From Alphaproteobacteria bacterium (GTDB lineage Bacteria > Pseudomonadota > Alphaproteobacteria > Rs-D84 > CACZYB01), in contig JBJEXC010000002.1 of NCBI GenBank assembly GCA_051885355.1, positions 10,496 to 74,495 on the forward strand: a DNA stretch of 64,000 nucleotides. Reading direction: 5' to 3'. Below are positions 46,716 through 56,393 of this stretch, in pieces (position 1 is the stretch's first letter; each line of letters opens with the position of its first letter). The notes under the pieces are model-generated. The model had not been told where the DNA came from, did no database searches, and saw only the letters and a list, made by a program, of their open reading frames with translations. Made by a program: the position numbers and the translations under genes.

Positions 46716-47399
46716 TTATTTAGTATTAGATACTATTATATCCTTAATTTTTAAAATATCATTAACTTTATCAATAATTGCGATAGGATTTTCTTTTTTT
46801 AGCATATTTTTATTTTCTGGAATTTCATAGCAAACGCCTATACCCATTCCATTTAAGTTTTTTGCAAGTTGTATATCTTTTTTACTATCGCCAACAGTAA
46901 AAATTTGTTCTGTTTTATCAATGCCTGATTCATTCATCATATAATGAACAGGAATAGGTGAAGGTTTATCGTTTATGAATCTTCCTGCCAGTGTGCCAAT
47001 TACATTTATAAAGTATTTTCGAATGTTTAAATATTTTAGAAGTTCGGAGGTAGATTCTGTATCTCTGCTTGTGCAAACCATAAGTTTATAATCAAGTTCA
47101 AATAAAATTTTTAATAAGTTTTCAATATTTGGAAAAAGTTTTATTTGATTGTAGAATTCCTTGGTCATTTCTATTTGTATAATGTCGGGTATGATTTGTT
47201 TTTCATAAATTTCTTTTTGAGTTTCCAAATCTATACCATCAAAAAGTTCTTTGTCTTTCCAGACGGAGTGAATTTCTTTTAAACCTTCTATTGTTTTAAA
47301 GGAAAGTTTTAAATTATTAATAACAGAGGCAGTTGCCCATGCGAGTGGATATTCTCTTTCAACCAAAGTTCCGTCCATATCAAATACGACAACTGTCAT
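46716..47399 (-). CDS. HAD-superfamily hydrolase
   Basis: DMDGT motif I (VVVFDMDGTLVE) and C-terminal GDSKKD motif. Confidence 0.6.
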   Translation of the reverse strand: MTVVVFDMDGTLVEREYPLAWATASVINNLKLSFKTIEGLKEIHSVWKDKELFDGIDLETQKEIYEKQIIPDIIQIEMTKEFYNQIKLFPNIENLLKILFELDYKLMVCTSRDTESTSELLKYLNIRKYFINVIGTLAGRFINDKPSPIPVHYMMNESGIDKTEQIFTVGDSKKDIQLAKNLNGMGIGVCYEIPENKNMLKKENPIAIIDKVNDILKIKDIIVSNTK

Positions 47400-47404
47400 T
47401 TTAA

Positions 47405-48175
47405 TTATCTTTCGTTTATTAAAGAATCTATTATTTGTGGAATTTGTTTTATATCATCTGTTGATGAAAGTATTGCATTTGGTTTATGAAGTTTTATTTC
47501 TTCAAGAGTAGTTATATCACCATAACCAACGCCTATTGTTTTCATACCTGCATCATGTCCCATTTTTATATCGCCTGATGTATCGCCAATCATAACTGAT
47601 TTTTCAAGTGGGATGCCAAGTTCTTGTGAAATATAATTTACGATTTGGGTATGTGGTTTATCCTTGAAATGTTTACCACCTTCGGTTGCTTCTACTATAT
47701 CAAAATATGAAAATAGTGCTTCGCGTTTTAAAATTTTTATTATAGAATATAAATCACGGGAGGAAGCAATAGCCAATTTTATATTTGTTTTTGCAAGTTG
47801 CTTTATTACCTCACGCATACCATTGTAAAGTTTTACTTGATTAAGAAATTCTTCCTGATTGCATAATTTTGTGCTAAGTGGAGAAAATTTGTTATGAAAT
47901 ATAGATAGTTGTTCGTTAAAATCTTTTCCCCAACCTATATACTTACTTAATGCTAAAGAGTAGACTTTTTTTGCAATTTGTTCTGTGTATGGAAGTTTTA
48001 GTATATCCATTGCTTTTTTGTTAAGGTTTAGGAACATAGCGTTACTGTGAACTAATGTTTCATCAAAATCGAAAACGACAAGTTTTTCTTCTTTATGTTG
48101 TGGTGTGTTTAGTTCATAAATACTTTTTCCAGCAAATTTGTTTCTTAAATATTTATCTTTTTCTGTTGCATTCAT
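47405..48175 (-). CDS. HAD-superfamily hydrolase (phosphatase-like)
   Basis: DFDET motif I and GDTSGD motif; in tandem with the previous HAD gene. Confidence 0.6.
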   Translation of the reverse strand: MNATEKDKYLRNKFAGKSIYELNTPQHKEEKLVVFDFDETLVHSNAMFLNLNKKAMDILKLPYTEQIAKKVYSLALSKYIGWGKDFNEQLSIFHNKFSPLSTKLCNQEEFLNQVKLYNGMREVIKQLAKTNIKLAIASSRDLYSIIKILKREALFSYFDIVEATEGGKHFKDKPHTQIVNYISQELGIPLEKSVMIGDTSGDIKMGHDAGMKTIGVGYGDITTLEEIKLHKPNAILSSTDDIKQIPQIIDSLINER

Positions 48176-48233
48176 TTTGTAATCCTACTAATATATTATT
48201 ATTAAAATTTATACAAAATATTAAACAAAGGAA

Positions 48234-51200
48234 ATGATTATGTCAAGTAAAAATTATCCAGAAACTATGTCAAAACCAAATTTCCCTGAAATAGAGGAAA
48301 AAATTCTTGCTTTTTGGAATAAAGAGAAGATTTTTGAACGTTCTGTTGATGAGCGTGATGAGAAGAATGAGTTTGTTTTTTATGATGGTCCTCCGTTTGC
48401 AAATGGGCTTCCTCACTATGGTCATGTGTTGCAAAGTTATACAAAGGATACTGTTGCCCGTTATCAAACTATGAAGGGGAAAAAAGTTAATCGTCGTTGG
48501 GGATGGGATTGCCATGGGCTTCCTCCGGAACTTAAAACCGAAAAGGATTTAGGTATAAGTGGTAAAAAAGCGATAGAAGAGTATGGTGTTGATAAATTTA
48601 CTGATAAATGTGGGTGTGATGTTTTAACCTATGCTAATAATTGGAAGGGAATTATCAACAGACTTGGTCGCTGGGTTGATATGGAAAATGCTTATAAAAC
48701 TATGGATAAAGAGTATTCTGAAAGTATTATGTGGGCCTTTAAAACTCTTTATGAAAAGGGACTTCTTTATGAAGATTTTCGTATTCTTCCATATTCTTGG
48801 GCGGCGGAAACTCCTCTTTCTAATTTTGAGGTTAATCAAGGGTATAAGGATAAAACTGATACTACTGCGACAGTAAAGTTTAAGTTGGAAAATGGGCTTA
48901 CACTTCTTGTGTGGACTACTACCCCTTGGACTTTGCCATCAAATTTGATGCTTGCAACAGGAGCGGATATTGAATATACAATCTTTGAGCGTGATGGTGA
49001 GAAGTTGGTTCTTGCAACTGCTCGTGTTCCTGCTTATAAGAAAGAATTAGAGGGTGCCACACCAACAGGCACAATTATGGGTTCAGAATTGAAGGGAATT
49101 CATTATACTCCACTTTTCCCATATTTTGAAAATTATCGTAATGAATATGATACTTTTCAGGTATTAAATGGGGATTTTGTTTCAACAGAGGATGGAACAG
49201 GTATAGTGCATATTGCTCCTGGGTTTGGTGAAGACGATTTTGCACTTTGTAAGAATTTTAATCCAAACTTTCCTATACTTTGTCCTGTGGATTCCACTGG
49301 AAGTTTTAATGCAGAAGTGAAGGATTTTAAGGGCAAGCAAGTTTTTGAAACTAACGATGAAATACTTGCAAGGTTGAAGGCTGAAAATAAATTATTTAAA
49401 AAAGACCAAATGGTTCACTCCTATCCATTTTGTTGGAGGACTGACAAGCCACTTATTTATAAAGCAATGAGTTCTTGGTTCGTCCGTGTGTCTGATATAA
49501 AGGATAAGTTGATTGAGGCAAATCAATCTATTACCTGGATTCCTGAGCATATTAAAAATGGTCGTTTTGGTAAATGGTTGGAGGGAGCAAGAGATTGGTC
49601 AATTTCTCGTAACCGTTTCTGGGGTGCACCAATTCCAGTTTGGAAATCGGATAATCCAGAATATCCAAGGATTGATGTGTTTGGTTCAATTGCTGAACTT
49701 GAAAAGGCAAGTGGTATGAAGGTGGAAAATCTTCATCGTCCACACATTGATAAAATTACATATAAAAATCCAGATGATCCAACAGGAAAATCTATGATGG
49801 TTCGTGTTCCTGATGTCTTTGATTGTTGGTTTGAAAGTGGAAGTATGCCATTTGCATCTTGCCATTATCCATTTGAAAACAAAGATTGGTTTGAAAAGAA
49901 TTTCCCAGCCGATTTTATTACAGAGGCGACAGACCAAACTCGTGGTTGGTTTTATACTCTTGTTGTGATGGGGGTTGCTTTGTTTGGAAAGGCTCCATTT
50001 AAAACTTGTGTATGCTCTGGTTTTGTTTTTGATGAAAAAGGGCAGAAGTTATCAAAAAAGCTGGGTAATTACTCTGAGCCAACAGAATTTTTCAATAAAT
50101 ATGGCTCTGATGCGTTCCGCTGGCTTCTTCTTTCATCTCCACTTTTAAGAGGGGAGATTGCTCGTATTTCGAAAGAGGGGGTTGAAGTTGCAACTACTGC
50201 AAGAAAATCTCAAATACCATTTTATAATGCGTATCATTTCTTTACTTTGTATGCGAATGCTGATGATATAAAGGCGGTTTATGATTTATCTTCTGATAAC
50301 ATAATGGATAGATATATAACTGCAAAACTTGATGAATTAAAGGAAAGTGCAAGTTTGACGCTTGATAAATATGATATTGCGACTTTCTGCACTAAGGTTG
50401 AAAAGTTCCTTGATATACTTAACAATTGGTATATTCGTCAAAGTCGTGAAAGATTTTGGGGAACAAGTGTTGATAGGGCTACTCAGCAAAAGGCCTTTAA
50501 TACACTTTATTCCGTTCTTATTGATTTATGTAAGATAATGGCTCCGCTTATGCCATTTATAACTGACTTTGTGTATAAAAATTTGACAGGTGAAGATTCT
50601 GTGCATTTGGCTATGTATCCTCAATCAAGTGGTAAGTTTGATAAGGATTTGATTGAGGCTATGGATATGGTGCAAGATGTTTGTTCCGCAGTGAAAAATA
50701 TTCGTGAGGAAGTGGGCATACGCAATCGCCAACCTTTATCCTCTATGACTGTTGCATCGCCAAAGGAGGAAATTTTAAAACCATATTCTGATATTATAAA
50801 GGCTGAATCTAATGTAAAGGAGATAGTCTTTACTGATGATATTGATAAGTATGCAAAGAAACTTCTTTACATTTATACACCTATTGTTGGAAAGAGGTTA
50901 GGTAGAGCGTTGGCTGAAATTCAAAAATCTGCGAAGGCGAATGATTACAAAATTGAAAATGGCGTTTGTAAGATTGCAGGGTATGAACTTACCCCAGATG
51001 AATTTGAAATTAGGGTTGAAATTTTGGGTGATGTAAAGGGTAGGGCGACATCTGATAATTCGGCTGTTGTTATACTTGATACAAAAATTACACCAGAACT
51101 TCAAGTAGAAGGAATAATCCGTGATTTCATTCGTGCGATACAAGAAGAAAGAAAATCGCGTGATTATAATGTTTCTGACAGGATTGAACTTTCATATTAT

Positions 51201-51350
51201 ACAAATGATAAATCAATTATTGATGGTATGGAAAAGTTTGAAAATGAAATATCATCAACTGTGTTATCAACAAAGTTTGAGTTGGCAAGTTTGCCTTTGA
51301 CGGTCAAAATTGATAATACGGATTTAAGTTTTGATATAAAGAAAGTGTAA
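48234..51350 (+). CDS. ileS: isoleucyl-tRNA synthetase, type 2 (eukaryote-like)
   Basis: 1038 aa; HYGH (HIGH-class) motif, WDCHGLP, KLSKKLGNY (KMSKS-like). The length and C-terminal extension are typical of the type 2 IleRS seen in Rickettsiales. Confidence 0.9.
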   Translation: MIMSSKNYPETMSKPNFPEIEEKILAFWNKEKIFERSVDERDEKNEFVFYDGPPFANGLPHYGHVLQSYTKDTVARYQTMKGKKVNRRWGWDCHGLPPELKTEKDLGISGKKAIEEYGVDKFTDKCGCDVLTYANNWKGIINRLGRWVDMENAYKTMDKEYSESIMWAFKTLYEKGLLYEDFRILPYSWAAETPLSNFEVNQGYKDKTDTTATVKFKLENGLTLLVWTTTPWTLPSNLMLATGADIEYTIFERDGEKLVLATARVPAYKKELEGATPTGTIMGSELKGIHYTPLFPYFENYRNEYDTFQVLNGDFVSTEDGTGIVHIAPGFGEDDFALCKNFNPNFPILCPVDSTGSFNAEVKDFKGKQVFETNDEILARLKAENKLFKKDQMVHSYPFCWRTDKPLIYKAMSSWFVRVSDIKDKLIEANQSITWIPEHIKNGRFGKWLEGARDWSISRNRFWGAPIPVWKSDNPEYPRIDVFGSIAELEKASGMKVENLHRPHIDKITYKNPDDPTGKSMMVRVPDVFDCWFESGSMPFASCHYPFENKDWFEKNFPADFITEATDQTRGWFYTLVVMGVALFGKAPFKTCVCSGFVFDEKGQKLSKKLGNYSEPTEFFNKYGSDAFRWLLLSSPLLRGEIARISKEGVEVATTARKSQIPFYNAYHFFTLYANADDIKAVYDLSSDNIMDRYITAKLDELKESASLTLDKYDIATFCTKVEKFLDILNNWYIRQSRERFWGTSVDRATQQKAFNTLYSVLIDLCKIMAPLMPFITDFVYKNLTGEDSVHLAMYPQSSGKFDKDLIEAMDMVQDVCSAVKNIREEVGIRNRQPLSSMTVASPKEEILKPYSDIIKAESNVKEIVFTDDIDKYAKKLLYIYTPIVGKRLGRALAEIQKSAKANDYKIENGVCKIAGYELTPDEFEIRVEILGDVKGRATSDNSAVVILDTKITPELQVEGIIRDFIRAIQEERKSRDYNVSDRIELSYYTNDKSIIDGMEKFENEISSTVLSTKFELASLPLTVKIDNTDLSFDIKKV

Positions 51351-51356
51351 AAAATT

Positions 51357-51382
51357 TCCCCTCACTAAAGGGGATTTTTTTT
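51357..51382. terminator. bidirectional rho-independent terminator
   Basis: tcccct-cactaa-agggga hairpin followed by T8; the stop of the convergent minus-strand gene abuts it. Confidence 0.6.
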
Positions 51383-52172
51383 ACCTTTCTTTGTTTTGTA
51401 TTTTAAACAGAATATTATTAAAGTTTTCTAATTTATTAGATATATGTATTTTTTTATTTTCATTTTTTGAAAGAAATTCTGAACCAATATAGGTTGCTGA
51501 TGGAAGATAAATTTTTTCCATTATTTTATTATTATAAAGAACAAAATTTCCAATATATTTTGCTTTTGGAACATTAAGTATTTTCATATTTTTATTATTG
51601 AAAAATGCGGTATCTGAAATTTTTAGTGCATTTGGGAAATTTGCTTCCTCTAAATCTTTATCAAGATATAAAAATGATGTTGGAATTTCTTTTGCTTTTG
51701 TAAAATTGATACGGATTAATTTATTATCCTTTACTTCAACAATCGGAGACCCATCTGCTGCAATAATTTTTTTACCGGTTACATCAAGTCCAAGATATGA
51801 GATGATACTTACTGTTTTATTTTTAATTTCATTATTAAATACTTTTACAAAAGAATCGCTATGATTTTTTTCTGTTATAACCTCATTTTTTAAAGTAGAT
51901 AATCTTAATGACAATAAATCAGTTAAAGTATTTTTTTCCAAGTTGAATAAGAAATGTGAAAAAATAATTTCATTTGATTGTAATTCGTGAAGTGCTACTA
52001 AGTCGTTATCTTGAATTACAAAAGTATTACTGTTTGTAAAGATAGATGTATATGTATTAAAATATTCTTTATCTGTAAAAATGGTATCTCTAATATCCTT
52101 AAAATATATTCTTGTTGTATCATTTTTATAATTTGGTTTGATGATTGTATCTGATAATTTGAAAATTTCCAT
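51381..52172 (-). CDS. hypothetical protein, possible BspA-type leucine-rich-repeat (LRR_5-like) protein
   Basis: The C-terminal half has repeated I..AF..N..L..I.LP....IG..F-like units (ISDTAFFNNKNMKILNVPKAKYIGNFVL…IYLPSATYIGSEFL). Confidence 0.35.
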   Translation of the reverse strand: MEIFKLSDTIIKPNYKNDTTRIYFKDIRDTIFTDKEYFNTYTSIFTNSNTFVIQDNDLVALHELQSNEIIFSHFLFNLEKNTLTDLLSLRLSTLKNEVITEKNHSDSFVKVFNNEIKNKTVSIISYLGLDVTGKKIIAADGSPIVEVKDNKLIRINFTKAKEIPTSFLYLDKDLEEANFPNALKISDTAFFNNKNMKILNVPKAKYIGNFVLYNNKIMEKIYLPSATYIGSEFLSKNENKKIHISNKLENFNNILFKIQNKER

Positions 52173-52275
52173 TTTGATCTCTTTTTGGTTTTGTATATAT
52201 ATTATTAAAGAGAGAATGAAAAGTAAAGAAAAAAAGGGACTTAAAAAAGCCCCCTTCTTATTAGTTTATAAAGTG

Positions 52276-53157
52276 TTAAGCGTCGGCTTCTTCCTTATGT
52301 TCAACACCATCACCAACAGCAAAGCGAATAAATTTTACAATCTTTGCATCGTCAGATATTGATTTAACAACATCTTTGATTTTCTTTGATGGTTCCATAA
52401 AGAATGCTTGTTCGGTTAAAACAACTTCTTCGTAATATTTGTTGATTCTTCCGTTAATCATCTTTTCAACTATTTCAGCAGGTTTTCCAGATTGCATTGC
52501 TGTATCACGGAAAATTGCCTTTTCACGTTCAAGAGAAGCCTCATCAACATCAGCAATATTTAAGAATGCAGGAGCAGATGCAGCAATGTGCATTGCAATG
52601 GTGTCGCCTACTTCCATAATTTTTGCTTTGTCAGCAGATGATTCAATTGCAACAAGAACAGCAATCATACCCATACCTTCTGCGACACGGTTGTGAATGT
52701 ATGAAATAACTGCGCCGTTTGAAACTTCAACCATATCACTTCTACGAATATTAAGGTTTTCACCGATAGTTGCAATTTCATTTGCTAAAGCATCAGCAAC
52801 TGGCATACCATCAATAGTTGCGGATTTGATTTTTTCAATGTCGCCATTTTCGTTGTATGCAACATCAGCAACTTTTTTAACGAATGCTTGGAATTTTTCG
52901 TTTCTTGCAACGAAGTCAGTTTCAGAGTTTACTTCAACAACAACACCTTTGTTACCTTCAACTTTAACAGCAACAACGCCGGCAGATGCTTCTCTGTCAC
53001 CCTTTTTAGCAGCCTTTGATAAACCTTTTTTTCTCAAGATATCAATTGCGGCTTCTATATCACCATTTGCTTCAATAAGTGCCTTTTTACAATCCATCAT
53101 TCCGGCACCGGTTCTTTCTCTTAAATCTTTAACTAAACTAGCAGTAACTTCTGTCAT
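52276..53157 (-). CDS. tsf: elongation factor Ts
   Basis: 293 aa; N-terminal UBA-like LVKDLRERTGAGMMDCKKAL; conserved rpsB-tsf order. Confidence 0.9.
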   Translation of the reverse strand: MTEVTASLVKDLRERTGAGMMDCKKALIEANGDIEAAIDILRKKGLSKAAKKGDREASAGVVAVKVEGNKGVVVEVNSETDFVARNEKFQAFVKKVADVAYNENGDIEKIKSATIDGMPVADALANEIATIGENLNIRRSDMVEVSNGAVISYIHNRVAEGMGMIAVLVAIESSADKAKIMEVGDTIAMHIAASAPAFLNIADVDEASLEREKAIFRDTAMQSGKPAEIVEKMINGRINKYYEEVVLTEQAFFMEPSKKIKDVVKSISDDAKIVKFIRFAVGDGVEHKEEADA

Positions 53158-53158
53158 A

Positions 53159-53917
53159 TTATGCCTCCTTTTTTACTTCAACTTTTGGGTTAAGTGCAGC
53201 ACCTATATCAGCACCAGATTTTTTAAGTTGTTCTTCTAAGCCGTCAAGAACAGCCTTTACTGCTAAATCACAATAAAGTTTGATTGCCTTGATTGCGTCA
53301 TCATTAGCAGGAATTGGGAAGTCAACATTGCTTGGGTCAGAATTTGTATCGCAAATTGCAACAACTGGAATGCCAAGTTTGTTTGCTTCTACAATAGCCA
53401 AATCTTCTTTACTTGCATCAATTACGAAAATTATATCAGGAGCGCCGTTCATATCCATAACACCGCCAAGAACAGCCTTTAATTTTCTAAGTTCAAGTTC
53501 CATTTTTGCGATTTCTTTTTTTGTAAGACCTAATTTGTCAGCATTTTCAATATCAGATTCCATTCTTTTAAGTTTTTTAATGGAATTTACAACTGTTTTC
53601 CAGTTTGTAAGCATACCACCTAGCCAACGAGTATTGATATAGTATTGTCCGCACATTTCAGCAGATTCGCGAACTATATCTTGAGCTTGTCTTTTTGTTC
53701 CAACGAATAAAACTTTACCACCGTTTGCGGCAACATTTCTTAATGCAACAAGACCAGCGTGTAGCATAGGAACAGTTTTTTGTAGGTCGATAATGTGAAT
53801 CTTATCTTTTACACCGAAGATATATGGTGCCATTTTTGGGTTCCAACGACGAGTATGATGTCCGAAGTGGCTTCCTGCTTCAATAAGTTCTTTCATAGTA
53901 AATTTAGGGAATGTCAT
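53159..53917 (-). CDS. rpsB: 30S ribosomal protein S2
   Basis: 252 aa; S2-typical sequence (…LIEAGSHFGHHTRRWNPKM…). Confidence 0.9.
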   Translation of the reverse strand: MTFPKFTMKELIEAGSHFGHHTRRWNPKMAPYIFGVKDKIHIIDLQKTVPMLHAGLVALRNVAANGGKVLFVGTKRQAQDIVRESAEMCGQYYINTRWLGGMLTNWKTVVNSIKKLKRMESDIENADKLGLTKKEIAKMELELRKLKAVLGGVMDMNGAPDIIFVIDASKEDLAIVEANKLGIPVVAICDTNSDPSNVDFPIPANDDAIKAIKLYCDLAVKAVLDGLEEQLKKSGADIGAALNPKVEVKKEA

Positions 53918-54144
53918 TTTTGTATCCTTTCATTTTTTATTAGTTATCCCTCTATTCAACGAACCGATTTCTCGGACTAAACGGCAATTTCAAAAGGAAA
54001 AGTACCAATGTTGAATATGTGTATTTATCTTTATAAGAATAAAGATTTATAAAAAATAGTGCAAATTGGAAAAAAAGTCAAGTAAAATCATTAAAAAGAC
54101 TTGCAATTTTAAAATTTTTGGGATATAAATCTTTACATCTTTAT

Positions 54145-54222
54145 GGCGAATGTAGCTCAGTTGGTTAGAGCGCCAGTTTGTGGTACTGGATGCCGCCAGT
54201 TCGAATCTGGTCATTCGCCCCA
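54145..54222 (+). tRNA. tRNA-His (anticodon GTG) with G-1
   Basis: GGCGAATGTAGCTCAGTTGGTTAGAGCGCCAGTTTGTGGTACTGGATGCCGCCAGTTCGAATCTGGTCATTCGCCCCA. Has the extra 5' G pairing with discriminator C, which is the His identity element. Anticodon loop is TTGTGGT. Confidence 0.85.
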
Positions 54223-54240
54223 TTAAAGAGATTGTGCTTT

Positions 54241-54325
54241 GGGAATGTGGCGGAATTGGTAGACGCGGCGGACTCAAAATCCGCTGGGGCGACCCTTGAG
54301 AGTTCGATTCTCTCCATTCCTACCA
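54241..54325 (+). tRNA. tRNA-Leu (anticodon CAA), long variable arm
   Basis: GGGAATGTGGCGGAATTGGTAGACGCGGCGGACTCAAAATCCGC…GAGAGTTCGATTCTCTCCATTCCTACCA. Anticodon loop is CTCAAAA. Confidence 0.85.
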
Positions 54326-54426
54326 AAAATTTTAAGTAAAGGCGATTGCCAAACGAGGATACAAACTTACAATTCTAAAATTCCTCACTATCGCCGTTCG
54401 TCGTTAAGAATTATTCGCGTTTGTGT

Positions 54427-54443
54427 TCTCTGATTCCTACCAA
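54427..54443 (+). other. possible tRNA-Leu 3'-end remnant (ttctctgattcctacca)
   Basis: 15/17 identity to the last 17 nt of the tRNA-Leu(CAA) gene 102 bp upstream (ttctctccattcctacca). Immediately followed by a terminator. Confidence 0.3.
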
Positions 54444-54450
54444 AGTTAGA

Positions 54451-54479
54451 ATCAGCATTTTTTAGTGCTGATTTTTTTT
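54451..54479 (+). terminator. rho-independent terminator after the tRNA pair
   Basis: atcagca-ttttttag-tgctgat 7-bp stem followed by T8. Confidence 0.6.
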
Positions 54480-54752
54480 ATAAATTTTTTTGTAGTTAAA
54501 AATTTATCTTGATAATTGTCTTTATTATTTGTATTATAAAATTAGTTTTGCATAACAAAACTGGGGCGTAAGAACCTCTAAAATAAAAATGGATTACCAT
54601 CCGGCCTTTGTTAAAGGCTGGAAGGTGATAAAATAAGTTATATGTAGTTTTATGTATAACGAATATATTACGCTATTTTATTTTATAGTTCTTAACTTCC
54701 AGTCGCTATGTAAAACGCAAGCGATTTTTTAAAAAAAGAGGGAGAAAAGAAC

Positions 54753-55043
54753 ATGAACAAAAAATTTTATATATTTCTGTGTGTATTTTTAACAAATTTT
54801 CTATCAATAGATGTATTTGCAAATAACTTGGATAATTTGCTTTTGCAATATTGTGTGCCAAGAGAGGGTAGTTGCATAAATAAAGCAACATACTCTAATG
54901 GTAAATGTGTCTGTTCTGGAAAATCTTTGTATATAGATAGGGAATGTTATGCCCCTAAATGTCCGTCAGGAACTTATATATATTACAGGAATGATACGGA
55001 TTCTTGTGGTGCAGGCAATTCTAGGACAAAGATGAAAAATTAA
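54753..55043 (+). CDS. small secreted Cys-rich protein, truncated paralog of the Cys/Gly-rich family
   Basis: Signal peptide MNKKFYIFLCVFLTNFLSIDVFA, then 10 Cys including a CPSGTY motif shared with the 55237 and 37484 proteins. It stops after 96 aa. Confidence 0.5.
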   Translation: MNKKFYIFLCVFLTNFLSIDVFANNLDNLLLQYCVPREGSCINKATYSNGKCVCSGKSLYIDRECYAPKCPSGTYIYYRNDTDSCGAGNSRTKMKN

Positions 55044-55064
55044 GAAGTTATGGGAGGAAGTTTA

Positions 55065-55090
55065 TCATGGTCTTCGCTTCCTCCCTCCCG
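55065..55090. repeat. inverted-repeat copy of the family gene-start cassette (partner at 56383..56406)
   Basis: The reverse complement cgggagggaggaagcgaagaccatga matches cgggagggagaatgaagaccatga at 56383-56406. It is also internally palindromic (gggaggaag…cttcctccc). Confidence 0.55.
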
Positions 55091-55236
55091 AAAAATATGG
55101 AGGAGAATATGAATGAGAAATTTAATCAGCACATAAGGAATTAAGTGATTGCGGTCACCTCTTCGGAGGGCTGGGGGTGATTGCTTGCTGATGGGATATG
55201 CTCTCAAAATTTTATTAACAAAAAAAGGAGAAAACT

Positions 55237-56232
55237 ATGAACAATAGAAAATATATTATATCGGCAATAACTTTGTTGAGTTTTGCTGGAATTGCACATT
55301 CTGCGATTTATCAGTGTAGGACTTGTCAAGAGGGAACTTATAGTGATGGAACAAGCACAAGTTGTACGGCGTGTCCGTCTGGGGCTGTGTGTCCAGAGGG
55401 AACTGGGGCACCAATTTATTTATCCAAATATAAAGATAAAATATTTTCAGCATGTGGAGAAATAGGTAAAGATTTTGTTAAGAATGGGACTATTTCGTGG
55501 AAAAAATATTATTCATCAGACTTTATTATTGATATGCGTGATAGGCAAAAAGTAAAAATAAATTCTGATGGAAATATAATTAAAAAGGGAGCAAGTGGTT
55601 ATAATTCCGCACGAGCATATCATGAAGTTAATTGTTATGACCTTGATGGGTATTATGAAAGTGATGGATATAAATCTGTTGTAGATGAGATTCATGGTCT
55701 GTGTGGTGATATTGTACAAATATCGAAATTTACCACAGGAAGTGGTAGTTTTACTTTGTCCCCTGGAATATATTATATTAACATTGGTGGCGCCGGTGGT
55801 GGTGGTGGTGGCGGACATTATTGTCCTGAATTTATGCATATTATACATAAAGATGGTGGTAATGGAGGAAGTGGAGAATACATAAGCAAGGTTATTTATA
55901 TATTAAAATCGACTTCATTTTCTTATAATGTTGGTACAGGAGGAAATGGAGGAAGTGGTAGAAGATGTAGCTGTTCTGATGCGGGAGAGCGCGGTGGAAA
56001 TTCATATGTATCTAATACTCTTCTTTCTTTATCAATTACAGCAAGAGGTGGTGCCGGTGGTGGACGAGCATGTGAAAGTGGAAGCACAGATGCTACAGAT
56101 TTAGGATTAGGAGGAAAAGGTGGTCTCGGTGGAAAAGGTAGTAAAACGGGTCACTATGATAGAGGAAGTAATGGAGAAAATGGTTACATAGAAATTAAAC
56201 AATTTATATATAGTCAATGGTGTGCCAAATAA
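55237..56232 (+). CDS. secreted Cys-rich / polyglycine-rich (ALK/LTK GlyR-like) protein, paralog of the 37484 gene product
   Basis: Signal peptide (…GIAHS/AI), CRTCQEGTY…CTACPSGAVCPEGT Cys-repeat, then IYYINIGGAGGGGGGGHY…GGNGGSG…GGNGGSG…GGAGGG…GGKGGLGGKG glycine runs. Confidence 0.6.
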   Translation: MNNRKYIISAITLLSFAGIAHSAIYQCRTCQEGTYSDGTSTSCTACPSGAVCPEGTGAPIYLSKYKDKIFSACGEIGKDFVKNGTISWKKYYSSDFIIDMRDRQKVKINSDGNIIKKGASGYNSARAYHEVNCYDLDGYYESDGYKSVVDEIHGLCGDIVQISKFTTGSGSFTLSPGIYYINIGGAGGGGGGGHYCPEFMHIIHKDGGNGGSGEYISKVIYILKSTSFSYNVGTGGNGGSGRRCSCSDAGERGGNSYVSNTLLSLSITARGGAGGGRACESGSTDATDLGLGGKGGLGGKGSKTGHYDRGSNGENGYIEIKQFIYSQWCAK

Positions 56233-56237
56233 AAATT

Positions 56238-56264
56238 TTCCCCTCTTTGTAGGGGAATTTTTTT
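56238..56264 (+). terminator. rho-independent terminator
   Basis: ttcccct-ctttgt-aggggaa hairpin followed by T7. Confidence 0.55.
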
Positions 56265-56393
56265 AAGAAAAAAATCCGAGTCACATATTTTGCTTTTCAT
56301 TTTATAAATATTTTGGTATTATTTTTTTAGCAAGGAATGGTTTTTTATGTTATTTGTTTTTTCCTTTGCTGTTCCTTGTTATCGGGAGGGAGA

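Noticed and set aside
52439-53642. Plus-strand ORFs of 85-180 aa antisense to tsf and rpsB
   Set aside because: They lie within highly conserved ribosomal or translation-factor genes on the opposite strand and are Ser/Ala/Thr-rich translations of the antisense strand.
54047-54277. 76-aa minus-strand ORF spanning tRNA-His and tRNA-Leu
   Set aside because: It is antisense to two tRNA genes, so it is an artefact.
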